A stretch of 63,365 nt of DNA, the filler included, from Octopus bimaculoides (taxonomy: Eukaryota): assembly GCF_001194135.2 (NCBI RefSeq). It is 3 parts of 3 records of this genome, joined end to end, with 100 filler letters (N's around TTAATTAATTAA, not from the genome) between each part and the next. Parts side by side here need not be neighbours in the genome. Positions count along the whole stretch, not along the records: positions 1 to 25,414 come from NC_068984.1; positions 25,515 to 42,072 come from NC_068982.1; 1 more part is not named here. The stretch is one strand, 5' to 3'. Every line of letters begins with the position of its first letter. Position 1 is the first letter of the stretch. Shown one piece after another: positions 12,186 through 25,539 of the stretch. The notes below the pieces were generated by a model, which had not been told where the DNA came from, ran no database searches, and saw only the letters and a list, made by a program, of their open reading frames with translations. Position numbers and translations under genes: made by a program.

Positions 12186-14588
12186 TGTGTATGTATGTAT
12201 GTATTTATGTCTATGTGTGTGTACATGTGTATGTGTGTCTGTATGCATATATGTATGCATGTATGTATTAAGAACAAATTCAAGAATGTTGACCAGCGGG
12301 CTTAGTCGACGCCATCTACCAGGAAGTCTGGTACTTTATTTTTATCTACTCTGAAGGGATGAAAAACATCTGAGAAGGTGATGAATCTGGAATAAATACC
12401 GCGAGCTATATTATCTCTGTTTAATATTCATGGAATCTTCTTTACTTCCGCAATTCTAGTTCATTTCTTCCTCGATATCATCACACCTTAATATCAGAAA
12501 TTAATTTGTTTCTGTAATAAAGTGAGAGAGAAAGAGAAAGGGGAGAGGAAATCTATGTCAGAGAAAAAGCAGAAAAATATTGTATGAAAAATCATAATGA
12601 TAAAAAGCGGAGAGAAAGAGAAAGAGAGAAATGGGAGGAGAGAGAAAAGCAATCCAATTTCATTGTTGTAATTTCGCACTATCAAATATAATGGTATTAA
12701 TTATGAGATACTTGGCGCATACATGTGTTGCTCACATTTTCTGAGTGTATCAACAAGATTCTGTCGCTGATATGAATTACTTGACAAATACTGATTAAAT
12801 TCGTTATATTTATACATCGTAATATATTTCACTGTATTTTATTGCATACTTATTGCATTCTTATGACGCTTATGTCAGTTATTACTGGACTGAAACTGGT
12901 TGTAGGGTTTTAACACACAGGTCTTATTTAGTTCAAATGCTGATGCTGGTTAAAATGCATTGCAGTAGAATACGCTCCATTATCCACAATGGGGTGTGGT
13001 CTACTTGCCTCGATGTACTCAGTTTTGGAATCCAAATCATTCCCCCAGTACAATTTATATGGAACATATCAGAAAATGAAGGTGTGCAGTAAATATAATC
13101 TTTATATAATCATGCGAATATCCTACATTATCGACATTAGACCTTTATCCATATCGAGAATATAATTGAGCTCCTATAATATCTAACGTTATTTTACTTA
13201 TTTTTCAAAACGAAATCTTGATCTAAAACACAGTAATAGCCACATTCGAGAAACTTCATATGCTGTTTATCCTTTTTTTATGTTATTTTTTTCCCATCTT
13301 TAATTTAAGGTAAAATCTAATTATATATTACAGCTGAAATGGCATAGTAAATACGGAAAATTACAACAAACAGCTATTTTGTGAAACTATGTCCCCGCAG
13401 ATAGTGCATTATATATCTCGGCATAACATGTTGTTTGTTCCACTTTCTTGCTGCGATATATAATATATTAACTACAATCATATAAACTATTATTTTGTTT
13501 AACTGTAGAATTGTCTCTTTCACCTGCTTTTTCTCAATAGAATTGCAACTGAATCCCCCGATGTTTAAGAGACATTTATATTCACATTACCCTTAATATA
13601 CTTAGTGGTGCAAGTATACAAGCCAGCAAAATACCAGGACACATCACGTTTCAGTGACATTATCCACTTTTCTCTCAATAGGTACCTTAAAGATGCATTA
13701 TTTACTGCTATAAGCATTCAGGCAATACATAATTCATGAACGGTAATAGCTTCAATAATTTGGTCAAATTCTTCAACAGACTTCGTAAAGGTAAAGGTAA
13801 AAGTAAAGAATTCCTGCGAAATTGTTTTGTGAGGAAAAGAAATCATAAGTGGTATTCTCAGAGTGACGGAACATTACATTATAATAATAGTTTTACATTT
13901 ATTATGTTGTAAATACTTCCAGCACTAATAAATATTAAATACTTATAAACGTGGTGGCCTATACTGAATTACATTATTGTATCCCCACCTCATTTAATGC
14001 ATGCTCTAGGTACGAATACATAGAATCATCTGATTCACATCGACCGTTAACAGAGGCCATTGCCAAATATGTAACTCGAAACTGAGCATTTTTGAGGAAA
14101 ATGAATTAAATACATTTCAAAGTTTTTTTTCCGTTGTAAATATCTGTAATTCAATATGTATGTTAATATAGAAGTGTAGCATAGAATAAATTCAAGGTAG
14201 CAATGTTCTATATTGTAAGGGCGTTTAGGGGTTTGTAGAATGTAGTGTAGAATTTGAAGTGATTCTGGTATTTTCATGACTGAGATGTTAATGTAAGCGT
14301 CAAGGACACAACGTAATCCTTTATTGCAATATTTTTATATTAACTGTTTATTTTATTCCCTCCAAGGAAATTTTTTCCTTCATCTGTTATTACGCGGAGG
14401 TAGCTACATCATCAACGATACTGTAGCATACTGACATTGCTTGTATTTTCTTGTGTGTGNNNNNNNNNNNNNNNNNNNNNNNNNNNNNNNNNNNNNNNNN
14501 NNNNNNNNNNNNNNNNNNNNNNNNNNNNNNNNNNNNNNNNNNNNNNNNNNNNNNNNNNNNNNNNNNNNNNNNNNNNNNNNNNNNNNNN

Positions 14589-14622
<34 letters not shown>

Positions 14623-16072
14623 GCTTTGGTACAATGAGTGATGTTATGGTATGGCGTTACCATTTGGAAGATAATTAAGTATTAGCAAGGGAAATTACAT
14701 TCATCCATTTGCAAGTAGTGACGTTGCATAGAAGTAGCATTGACATTATAATTAAAATAAATAAATATGTATAATGAGAATAATTGAAGAATTAACAATA
14801 ATTTTGGAAGCTGCATTTCATTTTGGGTCTTTGATGGACGGAAGAAACAACAAATATCGAAGTAGTCCCAATCACTGCTGGATCTCTTACTCTTAGAAAG
14901 AAGCAAATAAATAAATAAATAAATAAATAAAAGAAATAACTCTATTTGCTATAATAAATTATTACTTGCGTGTATGTGCAACTCTTCGGGTACCCATCAA
15001 AACGCACATGACAAGTTTTATTTCCTAGAAGAATAAAAGGCTGAAATATCATTAAGTTCCAATTTCACAACACTTTAAACCTCTGTAACTTCCTACGTAT
15101 CATATCTAACTGTTGTTTATAGCGGCAGGCTCTACAAATACATGAGCAACAAATGGAATATTTCGGAAAATATCAAATAGAGTGAATGGCGGTACTGTTG
15201 GGGAAGGAAAAGGAGAGAGAAAAAGAGAGACGGAAAAACTGATGTTATTTACGAATAATGGAAAAAGTCGTTTGTATTTTGTTTTTGTTTTTTGAGGGTT
15301 TTCTCTTTGGTTTGTAGTTGTTTTTTAATAAGAAATGCAAGATGGACGGAATAATACTCACCAAAAATGAGAAAAATATATATCTATAGAAACCAATAGT
15401 GAACATAACGTGCTTTTGTATGTGTATGCACAATTTTGCACAGAAGGAAGCCATAATAAAAAAAAAGACATAAATATGTAGTTGAGTGCATATTTTTTAA
15501 GACGGGTACTTTTCTTTCCTGCAAAGTGAGATATATTGGTATATGGATACAAATTGATCGCAGGTAAAATTTAACCTAAGTACATACGCATATATTGGAA
15601 ATTACAAAGAAAAATATATGTATACAAATACATATATGTAAACGTGTACGAATCACGTTCATTATATAAGTGGGAGAAATATTTCGTTCTTTGTGATTTA
15701 TACTATTTGGGCTACATTCATACTTAATTATACATACATATATATATATATATANNNNNNNNNNNNNNNNNNNNNNNNNNNNNNNNNNNNNNNNNNNNNN
15801 NNNNNNNNNNNNNNNNNNNNNNNNNNNNNNNNNNNNNNNNNNNNNNNNNNNNNNNNNNNNNNNNNNNNNNNNNNNNNNNNNNNNNNNNNNNNNNNNNNNN
15901 NNNNNNNNNNNNNNNNNNNNNNNNNNNNNNNNNNNNNNNNNNNNNNNNNNNNNNNNNNNNNNNNNNNNNNNNNNNNNNNNNNNNNNNNNNNNNNNNNNNN
16001 NNNNNNNNNNNNNNNNNNNNNNNNNNNNNNNNNNNNNNNNNNNNNNNNNNNNNNNNNNNNNNNNNNNNNNNN

Positions 16073-16127
<55 letters not shown>

Positions 16128-17519
16128 GTGTTGTGTAAAGGATGTTATGCATTCAAAAACATTTAGAGTGCTTGATACACACTAAGGATTTCAAGTATGT
16201 AATTCTGGAAATACCTCGGGGAACAGAAAGTGAAACTAGATTGATAATGTATATTACTGTTTAATACTGAATTCCTGAAATCAATGCAGATTTTTGTCTT
16301 TCATCCTTTAAAAATATTGCCTTTTGCAAAGTTGAAAGAAAGGTTGACCAATGAATGATAATACGTTCCGTAACTCATCACACTTTGTTGCCAACTATCA
16401 AATTGTCTAATCGCCTACATGTAACCAACGAATACCGTTGCTAAGTGATGAGCAGTGATTTGAGAAAATCGATAGAATGTTGGGCTTAAATGGTTTATAG
16501 AATAAGTAGAAATAAATACCAGAAATACATTGAGTTCACATCAACTGACTCTAATTCATCCCAGAAATATTCGGAGAATAAAATTACCGGTCTGCCACTC
16601 ATCAAGACCGCGATGAAAGAGATAACTAAATATACCTCTACACCCTACCAAGACCCATCACCCCATCTTCTCATTCGGAAAGGTCAAACGCTCAAAAACC
16701 GTCTCAGCTCTTACGGAGATTGTACTAATTGTTATAAAACAAAGTAATAAAGATGACTATTTTCAAACAACAATTCCTTCAACGCCGTGTAACAAACACT
16801 CAGCTCTACATTGTTTTAAAGATAATATCTTCTTTCAGCAATTAGATGTACTGGTTGACAGATTGGCGGATATTTCTTTGCATCGGCTGTCGATAGCACA
16901 TGTGAGACCTGCAGCACTCCGACTAGCCGTCTCTATAGCTGCAGTCAACTGGCAGGTCTTAATGCGCGGTTTGAAGCACGATACACCAAAAACAAGAGCT
17001 CACAGCACCTTTCCATGACGGACGACAAAATAATCTAAACAGGAATTAACTTCTTATACAATCTTTTGTGTATTTTCAGTTTCCGGGAGTGTGAAAGGTG
17101 ACCTGACTACAGGTACTTTTGCAAGAAAACCATTAAATTTGTTGTCCAGCTATTTTCACAAAGAATTACCATCCACTTAACAAAGGGAACAGCAATATTT
17201 GGCCAAATTTCAACTAGTGAAATGTCACAGCGACAGATATTTAACCATATTTCAACTAGTGAGAGATTACAGGAGCAGATATAGGCATAACACCATTCGC
17301 TAGAATACAAACAAACCTGCCATCATGTTGCTTCAGACCACCAACCACACTGCCATTATTACATGCAGTGAAAGATCATTTACAATTACGAAAGATATTT
17401 AAGTGACTGTCATAGTTACTGATTTGCCTAATCTCCAACCTCAGAGCTGATATCTTTCATAAGTTCTGCATGTTATTAGATATTTAACACTATCGTCTTA
17501 TTTACTCCACAAAGATCTT

Positions 17520-18265
17520 TGCCGTGCGTGAAGTCACCACATATAATCTCAGTTGACCCCGTGTTCATGAAGGCAGTTTCGACAAGATACGACTCTCTTT
17601 GCAAAAATCACTTGCATTGCTCCTTCAGTATACAGCGTCGAGAGAGAGGAATGACATTCATTACATTTAGACCCCGCCAGGATCGGCTAAACCGGGGCGA
17701 CTTACATAGGTTCATCTGGAAATTGCCAGGATGATGCTATATTATATGCATAACTCCACCTCCCAACATAACTCACCTTCTCAGTTGCAAATAAATTACT
17801 TTTACATTTGGTTCTCAAAACACCCTTGCAATCACTATCGGGTATTCGACACCAGTACTATTCCAGAAAATTTCTCGGTGCCCCGTTTGGTTTTCCTCAA
17901 AATAGATTTTGTTAAGGCTTACTACCAGATAACATTTCAAATAGGTAATCGCACACCATTTATACTCAACAAATTTGAATAAAAGCTTGTTGTCCTCCAT
18001 GACGTATGACAGGAAGTATAGTCAAAATAGCAGATTCATCCTGGGTTACTTGTCTATGTCTGTCTCCACAAATTATTACCTACCATCTCTTTATTATAAA
18101 TATGGAACGCTCTTGCTTGCTCCTCGAACGACTGACAGAGTACGGTACGGTTTTCAACCCCAGTGCGTGTCTGTTTGGTGCATACTGCCGCTCCTTGGCC
18201 ATGTCCTTAATAAAGAGATTATCAATGAGCTTGTGGAGAATAACAAATCCGGAACTCTTGACACC
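17520..18265 (+). mobile_element. Highly degenerate Ty3/Gypsy pol (RT) relic
   Basis: PCNHYRVFDTSTIPENFSVP resembles PCGDYRALN..T.PDRYP.P; FLKIDFVKAYYQI resembles FSKIDLVRAYHQI; LLGHVLNKEII resembles FLGH.VD..GI; many stops and frameshifts. Gag/protease remnants may extend upstream to ~16560. Confidence 0.65.
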
Positions 18266-18486
18266 CTAATTATTGCGTAAGTTGAGAGTATTTACCGATT
18301 TTATAAACTTTTATCACTTTTTCATTCCAAACTGCACTGAGGCAGCATAACAGCTCAGTAATATTATCAGAAAAGAAGAGGAGAATCAGGAAATAATTCT
18401 CAGTAAAGTGAAAGAATAATTGACCGATCTGTACTTTTGATTCATCTCCGAGAAAACCAACCATATACTTTAAAGTCTGTCATACC

Positions 18487-18526
18487 GGCCATGACGAAGG
18501 GAAATAGCCCTGAAACTCGAGTCGCC
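18487..18526 (+). ncRNA. Minimal type I hammerhead ribozyme-like motif, second family
   Basis: GGC-C(A)TGACGA-AGGG(AAATAG)CCCT-GAAAC-TCGA-GT-C-GCC: stem I GGC/GCC, stem II AGGG/CCCT, palindromic stem III ACTCGAGT, GUC triplet; one extra A in the core. Confidence 0.6.
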
Positions 18527-18783
18527 TTTATATATTTATATTTATATATTTGATCCTTTATATTGAACACTCAATATTTCATCTACATTCAATACTTTAT
18601 TTCATGGTGCCATCCATTTTTATTTTATTTTATTTTATTTTATATTATATATTGTATATTATATTATATATTNNNNNNNNNNNNNNNNNNNNNNNNNNNN
18701 NNNNNNNNNNNNNNNNNNNNNNNNNNNNNNNNNNNNNNNNNNNNNNNNNNNNNNNNNNNNNNNNNNNNNNNNNNNNNNNNNNN

Positions 18784-19074
18784 TCAGTTTCTTTTGCTGA
18801 ACCGCGAAGTTACGGGGGCGTGAATACACCAATACCGGTTGTCAAGTGTTAATGAGAGGGGGTCTAAACACAGACACAAAGTTATACAGACATAGATATA
18901 TACATATATATATACGACGGGTTTCTTTCAGTTTCTGTCTACTAAATCAAATCACGAGGCTTTGGTCGGCCTGAGGCTATAGCAGAAGACACTGGTCCAA
19001 GATGCTGCGCAGCGGGACTGAACCCCAAACTGTGTGGTTGGGAAACAAGCTACTTACCACACAGTCACGACTGC
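18784..19074 (-). mobile_element. tRNA-derived SINE, family A
   Basis: Reverse complement has head GCAGTCGTGACTGTGTGGTAAG..GGTTCAGTCCC followed by CATCTTGGACCAGTGTCTTC; homologous to 37831-38213, 46970-47100 and 48662-49058; 3' end runs into a gap. Confidence 0.85.
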
Positions 19075-19080
19075 TTATGT

Positions 19081-19189
<109 letters not shown>

Positions 19190-19829
19190 GTGTGAATATA
19201 TATACACACACACACATATACACACATACTGTTTAGCTTCGTGTCATCGCGGATCAAGAACAATTTGATTAAAGTATTCCAGGTATGGATACATAGAGAA
19301 TCTTTCGTCAGCTTGTCGAGCAGCATATGGGACAACATACAGATATAATGTGTGATGTGTTTTTAATCAGATGTGACACAATGTTTATGTCAGCCACGTT
19401 GACAACAATGACGACAACCCAATGATGATGATGATGATCACATCATTATCATCATTATAATAGTCGCAATATTCTTCATGGGGACTATTAGAAACGCCGA
19501 CTATGCTGGTGAAGATTAGAATTGCTAAAGCAATGATTCCACTGAAAACAGTGAAAGATATTAAAAATAGAATCAGGGAAGGTAAATGACAAACAAAAAA
19601 TGCTTACTGTTCATATATTCACAAAATGCATGCGTGTGTAACCGATATGTCAAAAGAAATATGAAGACCGAACGAATCAGTGTGATATGTCAAGGCGAAT
19701 ACATATTTCTTTTTAAATCGTGTATGTCATAGTAATAAGTACGTGGATATCAATGCGGAATATGAGAAGAAACGCATCAAGAAATAAGTGGAAGCGGGAA
19801 CGTAGGGAAGGTGAGTAATGTTCGCAACA

Positions 19830-20470
19830 CTATCAAACAGACCAGTTTGGGTGGAATTGCCACCTACTGAGAATGTACTTGTCAAAGTGAGGGCACTTTA
19901 TAAAACAATCTGCTTTTGTGTTTAAACAATTCTTTGAGGTCTATGAATACAGGCACATTTTTGCCTATATAAGAATGACAATTTTTCAAAACATAACGTG
20001 GAGTGTGAGTCTATTGTGAGTACTGACGTTGATTAATGTTTGCAACACTATGGAATAGTGTCATATGGGTGGGATTTCCACCGATTTCTACTGCTTGTCA
20101 GAGTGAGGGCACTATGCAAAATAAACTTCTTTTGTTTAAATATCCAAGTTCATGAAGTTATGCACTTTTCACCTGTACAGAGTTGACAACGCTTGGTCTT
20201 GTTTCTATGTAACCCACTTCGATCTAATGTCTTCCAGCTGATGTTACAGTCATTGCTGTACTCATTCAGCTTCCCTATGTGTTAGATTACCTGGCGTGTA
20301 ATGGTTTGTTGAAAATGCTTCAACTTCACAAAATTGAGCCAAAGTTTCATACCTGCTTCAGTGCACATGTTCCAGCATTCCTATAGTGATACAGTATGTT
20401 TAAAAGGCTTATGAGTGATCTTCATATTGTTGGTGATTGATGTAGATGACTTTAAAAGGTTTTCTTTTGG
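19830..20470 (-). mobile_element. Penelope-like element 3' end (C-terminal to GIY-YIG), with a partial tandem copy
   Basis: Minus strand HIGKLNEYSNDCNISWKTLDRSGLHRNKTKRCQLCTGEK..NKRS resembles the PLE C-terminal pattern HIWKLK....I.W.ILDRA..Y....KRC.LC..EK..LNKRSE; ~19830-19990 and ~20045-20200 are diverged direct copies. Confidence 0.65.
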
Positions 20471-20567
20471 AGAAAGATGGTTGACTGTGTAATAACTGCC
20501 TACAAAATTTACGTTCTTTATATTTGCCTTACCCGTATTAGTGAAGCACAGTCAGAACCAGACCTAG

Positions 20568-20599
<32 letters not shown>

Positions 20600-21519
20600 N
20601 NNNNNNNNNNNNNNNNNNNNNNNNNNNNNNNNNNNNNNNNNNNNNNNNNNNNNNNNNNNNNNNNNNNNNNNNNNNNNNNNNNNNNNNNNNNNNNNNNNNN
20701 NNNNNNNNNNNNNNNNNNNNNNNNNNNNNNNNNNNNNNNNNNNNNNNNNNNNNNNNNNNNNNNNNNNNNNNNNNNNNNNNNNNNNNNNNNNNNNNNNNNN
20801 NNNNNNNNNNNNNNNNNNNNNNNNNNNNNNNNNNNNNNNNNNNNNNNNNNNNNNNNNNNNNNNNNNNNNNNNNNNNNNNNNNNNNNNNNNNNNNNNNNNN
20901 NNNNNNNNNNNNNNNNNNNNNNNNNNNNNNNNNNNNNNNNNNNNNNNNNNNNNNNNNNNNNNNNNNNNNNNNNNNNNNNNNNNNNNNNNNNNNNNNNNNN
21001 NNNNNNNNNNNNNNNNNNNNNNNNNNNNNNNNNNNNNNNNNNNNNNNNNNNNNNNNNNNNNNNNNNNNNNNATGATGAATAATTAAAACCAAGAGATACA
21101 GGAAAAAAGTTTAAGGCAGTATCGAGATTAAAGAAAAATTATCTTACTTATTCATTTATCTACTTTTTTGTAACCATTCTTAGGATTTCATTGATATTTT
21201 CAGAAGCACGTGTACAAAACTAGGAAAATATATAACAAAGGTGAGAAAAATAACAAAAACAAACTAATAAAAAATGTTCCAAGTTGTTTTTCTCAAGAAA
21301 CTAGGTCAAATTTTGGTTCGCTACATGGCGTTTCTCAGACACAATGGTGCAAAGCTTTTAGAGCAAAACGTTCTTATACACACACGCACAGAAACACACA
21401 CACATGCACGGACACACCCGGACACACGCACACACTCACTCTCACTCACGCCGTACACATATGCATATATTTGTATCGTGGAATGCAAATACATGTACGT
21501 ATAAATGTCTGTATGTTTT

Positions 21520-21558
<39 letters not shown>

Positions 21559-23571
21559 TGGGGGTGGGGGGTATTATGTATATATGATTATGTATGTATA
21601 AATGCATATATGTGTATATATATATATCAATGTGTATATATGTATCTATGTATGTATGTATACAAGCACACGCATAAGTGCATATACGTGTATATGATTA
21701 TGACAGAATACTGGAATAGAGATGACACAATGACAGGAGGAGAAAAAGATAAAGGAAGAAGTAAAATAAAAAATGTGGTGTTTATCTACCGGGACTGGGA
21801 TATCAAAACGGGCAAATTTAAAATATTAAGATGAATATGATTCGTTTCAGTTTTTTTTTTGTTTTTTTTTTCAAACTGGTTTGAGTAAAATTCGTTAAGT
21901 GTATGGTCATTACAAAAACGTCTCGCTAGTTAAATCTAGAAAATAAAACGTCGCATTTAAAAGAGTAAGCCTGAGCTTAGTCTAATAAAACTTTTTAAGC
22001 GCACGTAGAATAGTACTAAGAGAGAAACTGAATACACTGTTAATGAAGGGAAGGAATGGAAACGGGAATTGACTGCATTGAAGTAGATAGGCCCATTAAA
22101 AAGGATGAATTTCAAGTATTGAATTTCAGTTGGCTCAAGCATTTCGAAAACTGTTATTTTGAAAGACATAAGTTAATTAAAGGTTAAACTTTCGTTGGTT
22201 AATGTTATTGTTGGACGATGTAACTTGTTAGGAATTTTAAATATTTGAGTCACTTGAAACATTTGAGAGAAGTATGTAACCTAAATTCACTGAAGCGATA
22301 AAGAGATCGAAAATATTGTCTTAAGATTCAAAAATTCTGAGTAGCCACGGCTTCGTTGAATAGGGGTAAAGTTTAGAATCAATTCTTTTTTATCCACATA
22401 ACGTCGTAGTAAGTACTATAGCATTCAAGTTTCTAAACAGGCATATGTCCTTATTAATAACGAAAAGTGTACACATGTTGAATGCGGCAGAATTTGGGAA
22501 AATTAGAACTTAATCCAAAGATTTATGGTCTATAAATAGTGTTTTTTTTTAACCTACTTCAGTAAAGAAGCACTTCAAAATGCATCTACTGTCTAAATGA
22601 TATTATTTCTGGTAAAATCTATTGGAAGATTTTGGACCCTGGATTGAGAAATAAATACAAAATTCGCGTTAGATAAAGATTATGGGACGCTAGCCACCAC
22701 AGAATAAGGAAGTCTAAAGAATTTTTATTGAAACAGGGAAGTTGTTTTGTGAAAGGTTTGGTCCGGGGAAAGAAACTTACTGGTGATAAAGAAGATTGAA
22801 CTACATGATCTTTCTTAGTGATATCGCAAGATATTATTTAGATATTATACCATCTTGGAGCATCAGCTTAGTTCTAGTGTATCGTTCTGGAATCTTAAAG
22901 CGTGCAGTTATTTATGAAAAATATCGGTTTATTGGTAGGTAATATTTCGTAGGATTATTTACTGTTGCAGTTTTAAAAAAAGGCTTTTCTCCCTTTCTGC
23001 TGATACTGTAAAGCTGGTTACTTTACTTGTGAATTGACGAAAGAAATACATGCTTTTCGCCAGAGACATAATGTTATTTACATTGTATTCAATATACATA
23101 CATGCATGCATGCACCCACACACATATAAATATTTAAGTAGGTATACAATGAACAAACGCAAACAAACAGAACGATATGAACATATCACAAACACTGAGT
23201 AATAGTTCTCGCCTGAACATCGCAGCGGCGAAAAAGTTGTATCGCAGTACATATGTATATATATAGATATATACTATGCATGTGCAGGTAGATATAAATA
23301 CATACATATACATATACATGTATATACTGTACTACTTAATGTGCCTGTTGCTTCTCACTCGGGACTTTTAAGACAACTATGTGTGTGAGTGTGTCTGTAC
23401 ATATATTTACATAGTTTATTATTATTATTGTTGTTACTATTATTGTTATCATTATTAGCATTATCATCTACATGCATGCATATAAACGCATAATAGATCG
23501 AGTATATACACAAACATACATGTAAATATAAATATGTATATGTATATATATATATATATATATCAACTTAT

Positions 23572-23619
<48 letters not shown>

Positions 23620-23625
23620 TGTATG

Positions 23626-23658
<33 letters not shown>

Positions 23659-24226
23659 ATGTGTGTGTGTATCAACTCATTATCTCATTTCCCCATAATG
23701 TTTATGTTTATTTAGGACGAACAAATGTTTAAGAACACAATAAAAACACACTAGATTTGGTCTTTAGTTCATTAATAACTTAATTGACTTAAGCCATGGT
23801 TCTTTTATGTTCTTTTATCCTTTTTTTCTTTCTTTTGACCGCTATTTACATTGCGTTTATATAGTGTGGTAAGTTCATTGATTATGATATCTTCATTGTC
23901 CGACTTACAGTAATGTGATAATTATTTGGTTTTGGTGACTTCTTTCATATGTTATGACCTTGTATTTATTTATCACTAAACTTGTACGTCTGTATTGTAA
24001 CTTTCAAAAGACAGTGTCTACTTTCAATGCCTTTATTAACCTATTCTTTCATAGCTTTTAAGAGTTTCCAGCGTAGTAGTTCATCATCATTCGAGAAAAC
24101 TCTTAGATGACGAAGCAACAAAATTCAATTGCAAAGATTTTTGTATAGCTATTATATTCTAAATTCTTTTGATGTTGATTCTTTTAGCTTTGTAACCTTA
24201 AACTCCTCTACTTAACCCTCAGCCAT

Positions 24227-24267
<41 letters not shown>

Positions 24268-24982
24268 TTTCTTCATATGTATATATATATATATATATAT
24301 ATAAAGAAAGATAGAGTAATGTGTATATACGCACACAAACATATCTATATTTATTCATGTAGGCATACACATATATACAAATGTACATTTATATATATAT
24401 ATATATATATACATATATACATATATATACATATATACACATATATATATATACATATAATACATATATATATTTATGTACATACATNNNNNNNNNNNNN
24501 NNNNNNNNNNNNNNNNNNNNNNNNNNNNNNNNNNNNNNNNNNNNNNNNNNNNNNNNNNNNNNNNNNNNNNNNNNNNNNNNNNNNNNNNNNNNNNNNNNNN
24601 NNNNNNNNNNNNNNNNNNNNNNNNNNNNNNNNNNNNNNNNNNNNNNNNNNNNNNNNNNNNNNNNNNNNNNNNNNNNNNNNNNNNNNNNNNNNNNNNNNNN
24701 NNNNNNNNNNNNNNNNNNNNNNNNNNNNNNNNNNNNNNNNNNNNNNNNNNNNNNNNNNNNNNNNNNNNNNNNNNNNNNNNNNNNNNNNNNNNNNNNNNNN
24801 NNNNNNNNNNNNNNNNNNNNNNNNNNNNNNNNNNNNNNNNNNNNNNNNNNNNNNNNNNNNNNNNNNNNNNNNNNNNNNNNNNNNNNNNNNNNNNNNNNNN
24901 NNNNNNNNNNNNNNNNNNNNNNNNNNNNNNNNNNNNNNNNNNNNNNNNNNNNNNNNNNNNNNNNNNNNNNNNNNNNNNNNNN

Positions 24983-25018
<36 letters not shown>

Positions 25019-25414
25019 TCTATACATAATTAATAATATCATGGTAAAAATAAATCTTTGGAATTTCTACTACCAGTGCCTTAGCGTGTAAACGTTTAGT
25101 CAATAGACTATATATTATTCATATAAATACTTATATGTTTAATCTAGATGTTCGTGTTGAAGAAGACTTTGCCTAGCAAATTATTTGATTTGCTAAAATA
25201 AGTCTGAAACCATGGTCCATGAGATAGATGGTAAATGTTTATATTTTTCATTCCCTTCTAAGTTTATCCCTAATAGTGGTTTGGAGTTTAGCTGTTCCTT
25301 CTAGCGTGCAAGGAATCCTATGACGGATACCTCTTATGTGTTTAAATCTACACTGTATTTATATATCTGTACATATATATACATATACATACATATATAT
25401 AACATTAATATATA

Positions 25415-25514
25415 NNNNNNNNNNNNNNNNNNNNNNNNNNNNNNNNNNNNNNNNNNNNTTAATTAATTAANNNNNNNNNNNNNNNNNNNNNNNNNNNNNN
25501 NNNNNNNNNNNNNN
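25415..25514. other. Artificial 100-bp scaffolding spacer N44-TTAATTAATTAA-N44
   Basis: Exactly 44 N + 12-mer + 44 N; the 12-mer has stops in all six frames; same structure at 42073-42172. Confidence 0.9.
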
Positions 25515-25539
25515 ATATATATATATATATATATATATA

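Noticed and set aside
12966-13081. Possible exon EYAPLSTMGCGLLASMYSVLESK, similar to proteasome beta-2 TMGSGSLAAM
   Set aside because: Far too diverged for such a conserved protein, needs a gap, and the flanking sequence does not align; a BLASTX hit would be needed
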